NCBI GenBank assembly: GCA_002269645.1
Contig: NIVC01001178.1
Coordinates: 62,001 to 126,000, forward strand
DNA: 64,000 nucleotides
From: Macrostomum lignano
Taxonomy: Eukaryota
Direction: 5' to 3'
In this document: piece by piece, positions 1 through 17,938 of the stretch
Position numbering within the stretch: position 1 is the first letter of the stretch
Layout of the letters: each line of letters starts with the position of its first letter
Made by a program: the position numbers and the translations under genes
Notes under the pieces: model-generated
The model's database searches: none
What the model was told of the DNA's origin: nothing
Seen by the model: the letters and a program-made list of their open reading frames with translations, nothing else

Positions 1-108
1 TCTAGTTTGTGAAGGGTCTAGTTTGTGAAGGGTCTAGTTTGTGAAGGGTCTAGTTTGTGAAGGGTCTAGTTTGTGAAAGGTCTAATTTGTGAAGGGTCTA
101 GTTTGTAA
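1..108. repeat. 16-bp tandem repeat (TCTAGTTTGTGAAGGG)n, truncated by the window start
   Basis: About 6-7 head-to-tail copies read directly. Confidence 0.95.
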
Positions 109-166
109 ATTGTTCAGGTTGTGAACTGCATAGTTTGTTAAGCTCGAAAACAACAAATAACAGTTC

Positions 167-4948
<4,782 letters not shown>

Positions 4949-5711
4949 GTCTGACTAAACAGAATTTCATTATTTTCATCCCCATAATGCATGAAAATGA
5001 TCATTTATGCAACTCAAAATGAGCCCTATATCTCGGACTCAAAATCCCCCCGCAAATGCAGCAATAACAGTATGATTCCCGGATTTTTTACAAGGAGTTG
5101 GTCTTTAATGACAGGTAGTTATTAAAGGCTTCTACTCAAGTCTGTGTTGAATTAAGAACTGAGGTGAGAGAAGAATGCAGTAGACCATGCAAAACATTGC
5201 AGTGCCATTGTTCATTGTCTTCATGGACTAACAAACAATACCGCCACAGAGCTGACTCGCCCATTCTGAGTGACAGCTCTCAGTGAGGCTTGCAAACAAA
5301 TTCTTTCTGACATGCGACAAGCTTTGAGAAATTTATTTGACAACAACAGCTGCAGGTGCATATCGGAGAAAATATTTTGCTCATAGAAGAAGCTTTTAAT
5401 TGTGGCAAATTTACTGATTGAAAAACATCGAACTGAGTTTAGAATTCTAGTTAGATTTAACAAGAGAAGTTAGGCAGCTGTAGAAAAGTCTCAGAAGAAG
5501 TAAATGGAGTTCTCCGGCTTGCAGAAAATGAAAAAAATATTTCTTCATAACTAAAAGTTCTGCACGAACGAATGCAGCTAAGAGAGTCATGTTACGCTCG
5601 TTGATAATCAAATTTTGTTTGAACTCGTTGCCTGGGGCTCGTAGTTCGGCTCTAGTCGTAGTTTGTGTGTACACTACCCGACGATGGGTAATTAGGGGCT
5701 GAACTCTAACA

Positions 5712-6318
<607 letters not shown>

Positions 6319-6323
6319 AGCAG

Positions 6324-8295
6324 TCAGAACGGCGAGAAGCACTGGCACAGAACGGCTGTAACCGTTGTATAATCTTCTGCCAGATCGTTCAGCATGCCGT
6401 CGATAAGTGCCATCGAGTTCTGATTGCCGCCAAGGACATTGTTGGGCTGTCCGGAGCCCCAGAGGGAACCGTCCAAAGACCGGTTGCATGCGATCCACTG
6501 CCAGCCTCCAGACGGCTCGGGGCTTCCTGGCAGCTGAGATCCGCCCAGCCAGAAGTCCATCTTCAGGTTGATGTTGCTGATATTTTGCACCCGAGCGAGC
6601 TGGACAGAGTCCAGAGCTTCGGCCATGTCGGTCATGTCACCCGGCTCGGCCGCGCATCTTCGCCTGCTTGCCGTCCAGCCTCCCGTGCCAACGTAAACTC
6701 GGTACTTCATTCCGCACAAGTCGTTGGAGTAGCCAGGCGGACACAGGGAACCGAGGACCAGGCCTGGTCGGTGACGGACCATCACTCGACCGCGGCGGGT
6801 GCAGCTGCAGTCAAGAACTGACGGACTGCATCTGCAGGGACATGGTTTGAGTACTTTGCCACTCAAGTGCCAGGTTCCCCTAAATACTGACGGTTCATGG
6901 CGCAGATCAGCTCAGCAGTAAACGAATCTGACTCTCGCGCCACGACCCCTGGGGCCTGTCGTGCGATTCAGCACCCATGAGAGCCAATCCTGAAGGCTCA
7001 GGAGATTGTACATGCCTGACGATTAGGAGTGCTTCAGCAGAGTGAAGCTCAGAATTGTTAGAGCAGGGTGACTCTCGGGAATGCTTTAGATCAGCAAAGT
7101 GACTCTCAGAAACGATTCACTCTGCAAAGTGAATCTCAGAAATCATTTAGCAGAGTGAATCTCAGGAATGATTCAGCAGGGTGACTCAGGAATGATTCAG
7201 CAGAGTGACTCTCAGGAATGATTCAGCAGGGTGACTCAGGAATGATTCAGCAGAGTGACTCTCAGGAATGATTCAGCAGGGTGATTCTCAGGAATGATTC
7301 AGCAGAGTGACTCTCAGGAATGATTCAGCAGGGTGACTCTCAGGAATGATTCAGCAGAGTGACTCTCAGGAATGATTCAGCAGGGTGACTCTCAGGAATG
7401 ATTCAGCAGGGTGATTCTCAGGAATGATTCAGCAGAGTGACTCTCAGGAATGATTCAGCAGGGTGATTCTCAGGAATGATTCAGCAGAGTGACTCTCAGG
7501 AATGATTCAGCAGGGTGACTCTCAGGAATGATTCAGCAGAGTGACTCTCAGGAATGATTCAGCAGAGTGACTCTCAGGAATGATTCAGCAGAGTGATTCT
7601 CAGGAATGATTCAGCAGAGTGATTCTCAGGAATGATTCAGCAGGGTGACTCTCAGGAATGATTCAGCAGGGTGACTCTCAGGAATGATTCAGCAGAGTGA
7701 TTCTCAGGAATGATTCACCAGAGTGACTCTCAGGAATGATTCAGCAGGGTGACTCTCAGGAATGATTCAGCAGGGTGATTCTCAGGAATGATTCAGCAGA
7801 GTGATTCTCAGGAATGATTCAGCAGAGTGACTCTCAGGAATGATTCAGCAGAGTGATTCTCAGGAATGATTCAGCAGAGTGACTCTCAGGAATGCTTCTG
7901 AGCGACTCTCAGAAATGTTTTCAGAACATTTCTCAGGCCCAATGCATGTGCATGTATTTAAGAGTAGACTCTAAAAACCGTTATTAAAGTTCCCAACTGG
8001 TTGAATAAACGACAAACCTGTCAAAGACGAACAGCTGACAGAACCCCTCAGCCATGGTGAACGCTTGACACAGAGACTCCTGGCTGCACAACAGAGCGCA
8101 GTGCATCTCGGCCTCTGAGCTGGCAGCCCCGATGTGCACAATGTCACGGGTGTACATTTGCCGGACACACAGCAGACTCAGCGGCCTTGGCTCGTACACT
8201 GTCCGGCACTGGTGTGCAGCCGGATTCGAAATCAAACTGGCAACTAACAGCACTATCAGAACAATAGCAGCGGCTTTAACTGATGCGTTTCTCAT
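6324..8295 (-). CDS. Secreted PAN/apple-domain plus C-type lectin-domain protein, 277 aa; exons 8295-8018 and 6879-6324
   Basis: Signal peptide MRNASVKAAAIVLIVLLVASLIS; PAN-like HCALLCSQESLCQAF...CQL. Phase-2 intron GACAG|GTTTGT (8017) to TTTAG|G (6880) gives an 834-nt open frame. CTLD motifs FWLGG, WQW, LWGSGQPNN and LND. An upstream in-frame ATG (8427) is possible. Confidence 0.8.
7040..7910. repeat. 26-bp minisatellite (GACTCTCAGGAATGATTCAGCAGRGT) filling the lectin-gene intron
   Basis: Period 26 (7335 to 7361), about 30 copies. Confidence 0.95.
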
Positions 8296-8559
8296 AGCGA
8301 TGCTGTATGAAATCATGAGTCTAAACTCCTGCCTGCTCTCGTTGATGCACTGGCTGTATAAATACAGATTCCTTTGATTGCACAAGGGACAGCTATAGGG
8401 GATCAGATGCATCTGCGTCTGATCCAATTAAAAATGAGTCAACAAAGGATGAGCTCAAATGATAATCCTTTGGAAATTCATGCCTTTTTTCCGGAGTAAT
8501 ACGTATAGTAGTGGTCTGCTTTGACACGACTCGTTGAGCAGTGAGTCAATTCGCGAGCA

Positions 8560-8925
8560 GGCAGTGTGTACTGAGTAGGGAGTCAATGTGTACTGAGCAG
8601 TGAGTCTGTGTACTGAGCAGGGAGCCGAGATGTACTGAGCAGGGAGCCAAGGTGTACATGTACTGAGCAGGGAGCCAATTAGGTGTACATGTACTGAGTA
8701 GGGAGCCAAGGTGTGCATGTACTGAGTAGGGAGCCAAGGTGTGCATGTACTGAGTAGGGAGCCAAGGTGTACATGTACTGAGTAGGGAGCCAAGGTGTAC
8801 ATGTACTGAGTAGGGAGCCAAGGTGTGCATGTACTGAGTAGGGAGCCAAGGTGTACATGTACTGAGTAGGGAGCCAAGGTGTACATGTACTGAGCCGGGA
8901 GTCAAGGTGTGCATGTACTGAGTAG
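8560..8925. repeat. 28-bp minisatellite (TACTGAGTAGGGAGCCAAGGTGTRCATG)
   Basis: Period 28 (8761 to 8789), about 12 copies. Confidence 0.93.
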
Positions 8926-9529
8926 GGACTTAATCATCAAAAGAACACATTTAAAATGAATTAAGGTGCATATTTGCACAGACATACAAGGCCGCCATGC
9001 ACACCATTTTCAAAAAGTAAGTTGAGCAAATTTAAAACAATTTCAGTTTCTCGCTAAAATTCTTTACACAAAATATTTGACCCCAGATAGATATCGCGAA
9101 TGAAAATAGGCACCCTTTAATTCTTAACCTATGCATTACGTAGTTGAGATTAAAAGTGGGTTTTAGAATTTTTTCAACAGAGCTCGTACACCTACATAGC
9201 TAAGCTAATACTTCGAGCACAAATTCAACGGCAGCGCAGTTGAGGTGAGGACAGAGATAAAGAGAGCCCTGCCGTTCTTGTCTCCACCCGAGCATAAGCG
9301 AGCTAACTCAAAGACCAAAACGTGCACTCTTGGCGCAATTTTCTAGATTAGAAAAGAAAACCTACTCAAAACTAGGTGAACGAAGAGCTGGGTACGAATA
9401 GACCGATGTGCTGAGAACCCAACGAGATGAAGCATAATAAACTGTCCATTGTATGTTGACCTTTTTCCACATTGAGACTGCGCTTTGGTGTGCACTTTTG
9501 AAATTTTTGTTTGCTTGCAGTCGACACTT

Positions 9530-10290
9530 TTAGGGCGCATTTAGAAGTGACTCTTAGGAGTGTGTTTAGGAGTGACTCTTAGGGGTGTGGTTAGGAGTGA
9601 CTCTTAGGAGGCGCGTTTAGGAGTGACTCTTGGGATGTGTTTAGGAGTGACTTTTTAGGGTGTGTTTAGGAGACTTTAGGGGCGTTTAGGGGTGACTCTT
9701 AGGGTGTGTATATGACTGACTTAGGGGTGTGTTTAAGAGTGACTCTTAGGGTGTGTTTAGGAGTGACTCTTTTGGGAGTTGTTTAGGAGTGACTCTTAGG
9801 GGTGTGGTTAGGAGTGACTCTTAGGGTGTGTTTAGGAGTGACTCTTAGGGGTGTGTTTAGGAGTGGAGTGAATCTTAGGGGTGTGTTTAGGAGTGGAGTG
9901 AATCTTAGGGGTGTGTTTAGGAGTGGAGCGAATCTTAGGGGTGTGTTTAGGATTGGAGTGAATCTTAGGGGTGTGTTTAGGAGTGGAGTGAATCTTAGGG
10001 GTGTGTTTAGGAGTGACTCTTAGGGGTGTGGTTAGGAGTGAATCTTAGTGGTCTGGTTAGGAGTGACTCATAGGGGTGTGGTTAGGAGTGACTCTTAGGG
10101 GTGTGTTTAGGAGTGAATCTTAGGGGATGTGTTTAGGAGTGACTCTTAGGGGTTTAGTTAGGAGTGACTCTTAGGGGATGTGTTTAGAAGTGACTGTTTA
10201 GGGTGTGTTTAGGAGTGACTGTTAGGGAATATGTTTAGTAGTGACTCTCAGTTGTGTTTAGGAGTGACTTTTGATTTGCGTTTTGAGAGT
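9530..10290. repeat. ~25-30-bp minisatellite (TTAGGAGTGACTCTTAGGGGTGTGT)
   Basis: Tandem copies read directly; two TTAGG motifs per unit. Confidence 0.92.
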
Positions 10291-11164
10291 GACTTATGCG
10301 TATGTACTACATCTGACAAGTCCACTAAATAACAAAAAACTCAATAAGTGACACAATATAATCATTTATACTTTTTTGAAATCATTCTAACAACATGAGT
10401 CAAAGAAATTCGGACTCAATCTTGGAGAACTGTAAAATATTTATTTATTCATATTCTTGTGCTTTTTTATAGTTGCTCGCAATTGGATAGTAACTATGGC
10501 CTCTAAATATTAGTATTAGTATATGCATTATAGTTTAATCAATGCACTAGCCTCGCATACTGTGCACAGATACATACAAGACTGAGTTGTATTGTAATAA
10601 GGGTAATGGTGTTCACTTTCACTGGTGTTCACTAGCTAAGTTAACAACCGCAAACATGACTATTATGATTTGCTAGCAGTATTCGCATTGAAAATTGTAC
10701 TTAACAAACCTAATATTATATATAATTGTTATCCTACAAGAGTACAATGAGTTCCATATTGAAATGTAGTGCGCAAAGAAAATGGTTTGGTGATTTTCTT
10801 CGAAAAAGGAGAAACGAAAAAACAGACCAACTATTTATATTCTAACTAATAATAGCAATGATATAATTAATGACATACCCTACAGGCTTTAGTTGGAAAC
10901 TAATACAATAAAAAACATTGCCAATAACTAATTAGCAGAAGGTTACATTAGGCTACTTACATAGTTAGGAAAGGATTAAATGAATATTCAGTAACAGCTT
11001 CTTGTCGAGTACGAAACCCCCTCCAAAAGTACGAAACGGTTAATGCATAGAACACACACACAAAGGTCTTCGTGCACCAGATTATCAGCTAAATTAGACA
11101 AATTATAACACAAGCTTCACTATCAGTTCACTGTTAAACCCTGGATTTCTTTACTAACTTGTGT

Positions 11165-14007
11165 TCACTTTTTAGCCGCCGCAACCATCTCCATGAGCTT
11201 CTCGGTTGAGAAACTCTTGGGCCGCTCGATTGGCAGACCGAGAGCCCGGTCCCACACTAGGGAGGCCAACACTCCCAGAGCTCTGCTGACTCCGAACAGC
11301 ACAGTGTAATAATTCATCTCCTTCATGCCGTAGAACTGCAGCAGCACGCCAGAGTGCGCGTCCACATTGGGCCAGGGGTTCTTCACTTTGCCCTGCTCCA
11401 GCAGGATTTCCGGTACGATCTTGAAGATCTGGCTGACAACCTGGCGGATTTTGAGGTGAATAGACAGATGTTTCACCTTGCGATCTCACAATTCTCAACC
11501 CCAGAATCTCACGATTCTTACCCTCCCCCAGAATCTTACGATTCTTACACCCCCCAGAATCTCACGATTCTTACCCCTCCCCAGAATCTCACGATTCTTA
11601 CCCTCCCCCAGAATCTCACGATTCTTACCCTCCCCCAGAATCTCACGATTCTTACCCTCCCCCAGAATCTCACGATTCTTACCCTCCCCCAGAATCTCAC
11701 GATTCTTACCCCCCCCCAGAATCTCACGATTCTTACCCCTCCCCAGAATCTCACGATTCTTACCCCTCCCCAGAATCTCACGATTCTTACCCCTCCCCAG
11801 AATCTCACGATTCTTACCCCTCCCCAGAATCTCACGATTCTTATCCCTCCCCAGAATCTCACGATTCTTACACCCCCCAGAATCTCACGATTCTTACACC
11901 CCCCAGAATCTCACGATTCTTACACCCCCCAGAATCTCACGATTCTTACACCCCCCAGAATCTCACGATTCTTACACCCCCCAGAATCTCACGATTCTTA
12001 CACCCCCCAGAATCTCACGATTCTTACACCCCCCCCAGAATCTCACGATTCTTACACCCCCCAGAATCTCACGATTCTTACCCTCCCCCAGAATCTCACG
12101 ATTCTTACACCCCCCAGAATCTCACGATTCTTACCCCTCCCCAGAATCTCACGATTCTTACCCCTCCCCAGAATCTCACGATTCTTACCACTCCCCAGAA
12201 TCTCACGATTCTTACACCCCCCAGAATCTCACGATTCTTACACCCCCCAGAATCTCACGATTCTTACACCCCCCAGAATCTCACGATTCTTACACCCCCC
12301 AGAATCTCACGATTCTTACACCCCCCAGAATCTCACGATTCTTACACCCCCAGAATCTCACGATTCTTACACCCCCCAGAATCTCACGATTCTTACACCC
12401 CCCAGAATCTCACGATTCTTACCCTCCCCCAGAATCTCACGATTCTTACACCCCCAGAATCTCACGATTCTTACCCCTCCCCAGAATCTCACGATTCTTA
12501 CCCCTCCCCAGAATCTCACGATTCTTACCACTCCCCAGAATCTCACGATTCTTACCACTCCCCAGAATCTCACGATTCTTACCACTCCCCAGAATCTCAC
12601 GTTTCTTACCCCTCCCCAGAATCTCACGATTCTTACCCCTCCCCAGAATCTCACGTTTCTTACCCCTCCCCAGAATCTCACGATTCTTACCCCTCCCCAG
12701 AATCTCACGATTCTTACCACTAGAATTTCTTATTAATTAGCTACCTTTATTACGGATAATTTTTATTTCTAAAATACCTAATTAATCTACTTTTTCCCTA
12801 ATATAAAATCAAATTAATCTACCATAACAAACTAGTGGATCACCCAAACCCACCTTGAACATTGGATCGTTGGGCAGATGCTTGAGCGCAAACTCTCTCT
12901 GGCACATGTAGCGCGGGTCAGTCTTGCGCAGTACAGCGTGCCCGAACCCGGGCACCACCTGGCCGCTCTGCAGAGTTTTCCAAACGTACTCTTTCACTTT
13001 GTCGTCGCTGGGCGAGTTTCCAATTTCGGCTACCATGCGAGTCAGCCAGACCAGCACTTCTTGATTGGCGAGGCCGTGCAGCGGGCCGGCCAGACCGCAC
13101 ATTCCAGCGGCGAAGGACAGGTAAGGATCGCTGAGTGCGCTGCCAACCAAGTGGGTGGCGTGGGCGCTCACGTTGCCGCCCTCGTGATCGGAGTGGATGG
13201 TCAGGTAGAGGCGCATGAGCTCGGTGAAGTCCTCGCTCTGTATTTGGCAGGTAGGATGTCAATTGTCACATTTGGTGGCTTGTTAAATAGAGATCTTAGA
13301 TGAGGGTGCTGGCGGCTGATCAAAGAGTGTTTAATGAGGGGGGGGGGTTGGCGGCTGGCTGATCAAAGGGTGTTTAATGAGGGGGGGTTGGCGGCTGATC
13401 AAAGGGTGTTTAATGAGGGGGCTGGCGGCTGATCAAAGGGTGTTTAATGAGGGGGGGTTGGCGGCTGATCAAAGGGTGTTTAATGAGGGGGGGCTGGCGG
13501 CTGATCAAAGGGTGTTTAATGAGGGGGGGTTGGCGGCTGATCAAAGGGTGTTTAATGAGGGGGCTGGCGGCTGATCAAAGGGTGTTTAATGAGGGGGGGG
13601 GTTGGCGGCTGATCAAAGGGTGTCTTTAATGACGGGGTGGCTAATCTCTACATCCGGCATCTCACCTCAAATCCCATCATGCGAACGAAGTTAGCAGACC
13701 AATCCAGTTTGGGGTCGATGGCTCCAATGGATGCGCCGTCCCTGTACAGATTCTTGTAGATGATGGCCGCCACTGTGGGCAGTTTGGCGATGAGGTCCAT
13801 GCTGTCCTCGAACACCAGCTCCCAGTACTTGGTCTTGGGCACGCCCTCAGCGTAGGCCTGCAATAGGGATTGATGAGGATTAATAGATGAGACAGGTAGA
13901 TGGAAATGATAGGCAGACAGACAGACAGACAGACAGACAGACACTAAGACAGAAACAGACAGAACGACAGACAGACAGACAGACACTAAGACAGAGACAG
14001 ACAGAAC

Positions 14008-14045
<38 letters not shown>

Positions 14046-14172
14046 GACAGACAGAACGACAGACAGACAGACAGACAGACACTAAGACAGACACTAAGAC
14101 AGAGACAGACAGACAATAAGACAGAGACAGACAGAACGACAGACAGACAGACAGACAGACAGACAGATAGAA

Positions 14173-14215
<43 letters not shown>

Positions 14216-16337
14216 TAGAAAGACAGACAGACAGACAGACAGACACAGACACTAAGACAGACACAGACAGCTTACCTTAGCGAAGCGGCTCTCAGTGTTC
14301 ATGGCGGCAATGGCGCAGGCGAACTGGCTCATGGGGTGCAGGCGGTTGGGGAAATTGTTCAGCATGCTGACCACGTGACCGGGCACGGCCGCCCGCTTGG
14401 CCCACTCGTCGCTGATCCACTGCACGTGGCGCTGCTCGGGCACCTGCAAGGGAGGCAGATGCGGCGGTTCTGGGGTTAGGATTTTCTTAAACAGTTCAGG
14501 CTGCTTCTCTGATGAACGAGCTTAGGGCGATTCTCCCAATGAGTATAGGACGATTGTCTCAATGAGTTTAGGACGATTGTCTCAATGAGTTTAGGGCGAT
14601 TGTCTCAATGAGTTTAGGGCGATTCTCTGAATGAGTTTAGGGCGATTGTCTCAATGAGTTTAGGGCGATTCTATTAATGAGTTTAGGGCGATTGTCTCAA
14701 TGAGTTTAGGGCGATTCTCTGAATGAGTTTAGGGCGATTGTCTCAATGAGTTTAGGGCGATTCTCTGAATGAGTTTAGGGCGATTGTCTCAATGAGTATA
14801 GGACGATTGTCTCAATGAGTTTAAGGCGATTCTATTGATGAGTTTAGGGCGATTGTTTCAATGAGTTTAGGGTGATTGTCTCAATGAGTTTAGGGCGATT
14901 CTATTGATGAGTTTAGGGCGATTGTCTCAATGAGTTTAGGGTGATTGTCTCAATGAGTTTAAGGCGATTATCTCAATGAGTTTAGGGCGATTGTCTCAAT
15001 AAGTTTAGGGCGATTGTCTCAATGAGTTTAGGACGATTGTCTCAATGAGTTTAGGGCGATTGTCTCAATGAGTTTAGGGCGATTATCTCAATGAGTTTAG
15101 GGCGATTGTCTCAATGAGTTTAGGGCGATTGTCTCAATGAGTTTAGGGCGATTGTCTCAATGAGTTTAGGGCGATTGTCTCAATGAGTTTAGGGAGATTC
15201 TAATAATGAGTTTAGGGCGATTGTCTCAATGAGTTTAGGGAGATTCTATTAATGAGTTTAGGGCGATTTTAACGGGTTTCTAAAGTAATGGTAGCACCGT
15301 CAGAGGGACGCTAAACTTACCTGTCCTGTCAGGAGCAGGTAGAACAGGCCCTCAGGCAGTGGCTCATTTCCGCCGGCAGCCTTGGGCAAAATTTCCTGAC
15401 AATCAGGAATCGAATGCCCACGAAATCGGATGCCCTCCTCGGGGTCCAGCACGGAAGTCTCGGTCACCAGGCCACGAACGCCGCGCATACCGCCGTACAT
15501 CATGTCGATGGTGACTTCGCCAAGCTTGAAATCTCCGTGGGTTTTTCGAAAATTGGCCACCCGCCGTTGTTCGACTGGCACCAGTTCCGACATGATGTCG
15601 CGGAGATTCTGCGAGGGCGGCGAGAGTAGCACTAGTAAGCTTCTATAAAACAGCTCAGATGGATTTAAGCATAGTGATGAAACAAGCGATACCGATTCCT
15701 CTATATTGTGAACCCAATAATATCGCAAAATCTCTTTCAAACTGACAAAACTCTCACTAGAACAACTTTTTCCAAAAATATTAGGCCCAAAAATTCGAGC
15801 ATTTTAAATCTCACCCATAGGAGACTGAATCTCAAAATCATCAAATCTCAAAATCTCACTTATAGTAGAGTCCATCTTTAAATCTCACCCATAGTAAGGT
15901 GAAGCTCAAAATCTCACCTATAGTAGAGTCCATCTCAAAATCTCACATACAGGAGAGTGAATCTCAAAATCTCACCTATACAGTAGTAAGTTTATCTCAA
16001 AATCTCACCGATAGGAGAGTGAATCTCAAAATCATCAATTTTCAAAATCTCACCTATAGGAGAGTGAATCTCAAAAGCTCACCCATAGAAGAGATTATCT
16101 CCAAATTTTATCTATAGTAAAAAATTTTCCTAGTCATGCTATTAAACTTAAAATCTAATTTATAACCATAGTATTGTTTTTATTAAAAATATAAAAAAGC
16201 ACAATATGAAACCATGATACTACACTTATACTATTAAATTCTAGAAAACATAAGCTTACAGCAGTTGACGATGCCCTGATACCAGTCTTGGCCAAGGCAG
16301 ACAAATTGCGCAACATTCCAGCTGAGTATAAGGCCAT
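11165..16337 (-). CDS. CS: Mitochondrial citrate synthase, 461 aa; exons 16337-16260, 15608-15321, 14443-14276, 13857-13666, 13237-12854, 11440-11165
   Basis: Hallmark motifs [75 protein letters not shown] and [11 protein letters not shown], plus an N-terminal presequence. All five introns are GT-AG and phase 0; exon sum is 1386 nt with no internal stop. Confidence 0.97.
11490..12720. repeat. ~27-bp minisatellite (CCCAGAATCTCACGATTCTTACMCCYC) in CS intron 5
   Basis: Period 27 (11561 to 11588), about 45 copies. Confidence 0.96.
13300..13640. repeat. ~35-bp minisatellite (GGCGGCTGATCAAAGGGTGTTTAATGA plus variable G run) in CS intron 4
   Basis: Periods 34-37 bp, about 9 copies. Confidence 0.93.
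13910..14270. repeat. (AGAC)n microsatellite in CS intron 3
   Basis: Read directly. Confidence 0.96.
14515..15270. repeat. 23-bp minisatellite (GAGTTTAGGGCGATTGTCTCAAT) in CS intron 2
   Basis: Period 23 (15071 to 15094), about 32 copies. Confidence 0.95.
15806..16110. repeat. Degenerate repeat (AAAATCTCACCYATAGGAGAGTGAATCTC-like) in CS intron 1
   Basis: Recurring AAATCTCA and GAATCTCAAAA words. Confidence 0.75.
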
Positions 16338-17372
16338 TTCTATGTTAATTATTAAAATAGTTTTATCATGAATGCAAGAACAGGAAAATTAAATACATGC
16401 ATGTTTAAAAATGATGTACATTTCTAAAATTCAAAAAGTATATCACTGCCCTAATAGTTTCTTTTATAACTGAACTATTTTTGGTTTCAAGTATCTTTCT
16501 AAAGCAAAATAGCTTATTTTGCTAAATACAGCTTTTTCTTTAAGTGAAAGCAGAGTTATTGGGCATTTAGCTTAGTGATCTAGTTAGAAAATTAAAAAGA
16601 ATGGGCTATAGAAGGTTTTATAAAAGAAACATTTGCCTTAGATTTTAGTTAATAAATTGATTGCTATTGAAAGATGCATTGAACAGCATTGTGTATTAAA
16701 TTATATTTGCCTATTCTTTTAATTCTTAGACTGATTCCATATAAGCATGGTTGTAACATGGCAGGCTATTTTTACTTATAAAATTAAATCTAATAATAGA
16801 ATATACTTAACCAATATTTCCAGTAAAATATTATTTTGTCAAGAATACGTTTATATAGTTTTATATAGATATCATTAATAGTATAGATGCTATTAAACCT
16901 TGAATGACACCTACTAGTTGTAACAACAGGATTTTTGACAGAGAAACTAAAAGGTAAAAGTCTTGTTATAACATTTTTCATTTTTGATATTTTGCAATAC
17001 ATTTTAAAAAAGTTGACTAAGAACATCTTCAGAAATCATACTCTTTTATTAGAATATGTAAACTCATAAAGGCAACAAAGATACAAAACAAAAGGTAGCC
17101 TTATGGTTGCAACATATTTTTTCTGTCAATTCAGTAACTTTGAGGTACCAATTATAAAAATAGAATAGATTATATGGTGGCTAATGTTTTTATCTGGTTA
17201 TACAAGTACTATAATTTTATCTATAGTTTGTTTCAACCTTTTAAAGCCTTCTATTTGCTTTTAAAGGTACACAAAGTTTAGGTACACAAGGCTTAATAAG
17301 ATATTAATAAATTATTATTTATTTTTTAAATTTATTTTTCTTTTTAATAAATCTTATTAAAATATATTTGAA

Positions 17373-17730
17373 GGGAGCACAAGAATTGCTTGCAGATAAA
17401 TTGCCTACCAAGCTTTTCTGATCAAGATTTTCCCACAGTGCATTTTGTCTGTGAGCAAATTGCTTATCAAGATTTGCCTACAAAGAATTGCCCATTGAGA
17501 TTTGCCCATAGTGCAAATTGCTTGCAAGTGAACTGCCTGCAAACCAGTTGCTATTAAGTTTTTTCCTGCCAAGGTTTGCTAGCAATGCTTTTATCTTGCA
17601 GTGCATTTAGCCATGCAGCAAATCTTGATAGGCAATTTGCTCATGGGCAATATGTATTGTAGGCAAATCTTAGTAGGCAATTCTCAATAGGCAGTTTGTT
17701 TGCAGGCTATTCTCAATTTCTCATGGACCC
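17373..17730. mobile_element. Mutator/foldback-like MITE with long degenerate TIRs and a 9-bp TSD
   Basis: ATATTTGAA on both sides (17364-17372, 17731-17739); GGG...CCC termini. The two arms are reverse-complementary, e.g. TGAGCAAATTGCTTATCAAGATTTG versus the reverse complement of CAAATCTTGATAGGCAATTTGCTCA. Confidence 0.7.
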
Positions 17731-17938
17731 ATATTTGAAAACAAAGAGGCTCTAGCTATATAAGAATGCACTTTTTGACCTAATCTTTCCTGGCTTGACT
17801 AAAATTTTCTAGATAATAGAAAAGTAAAACTTAGAAGGAAAATTCTTTATACCTTAACTAGAAATATAGCAGTCTTTGTCTAGTAGTCTTGGACCTATCA
17901 CACTCACATGTGCTTGGTTGATTGGCTTTGCAAGATAC

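Noticed and set aside
11354-12740. 460-aa and 420-aa plus-strand ORFs (PQNLTILT repeats)
   Set aside because: They come from a stop-free 27-bp intronic repeat antisense to citrate synthase.
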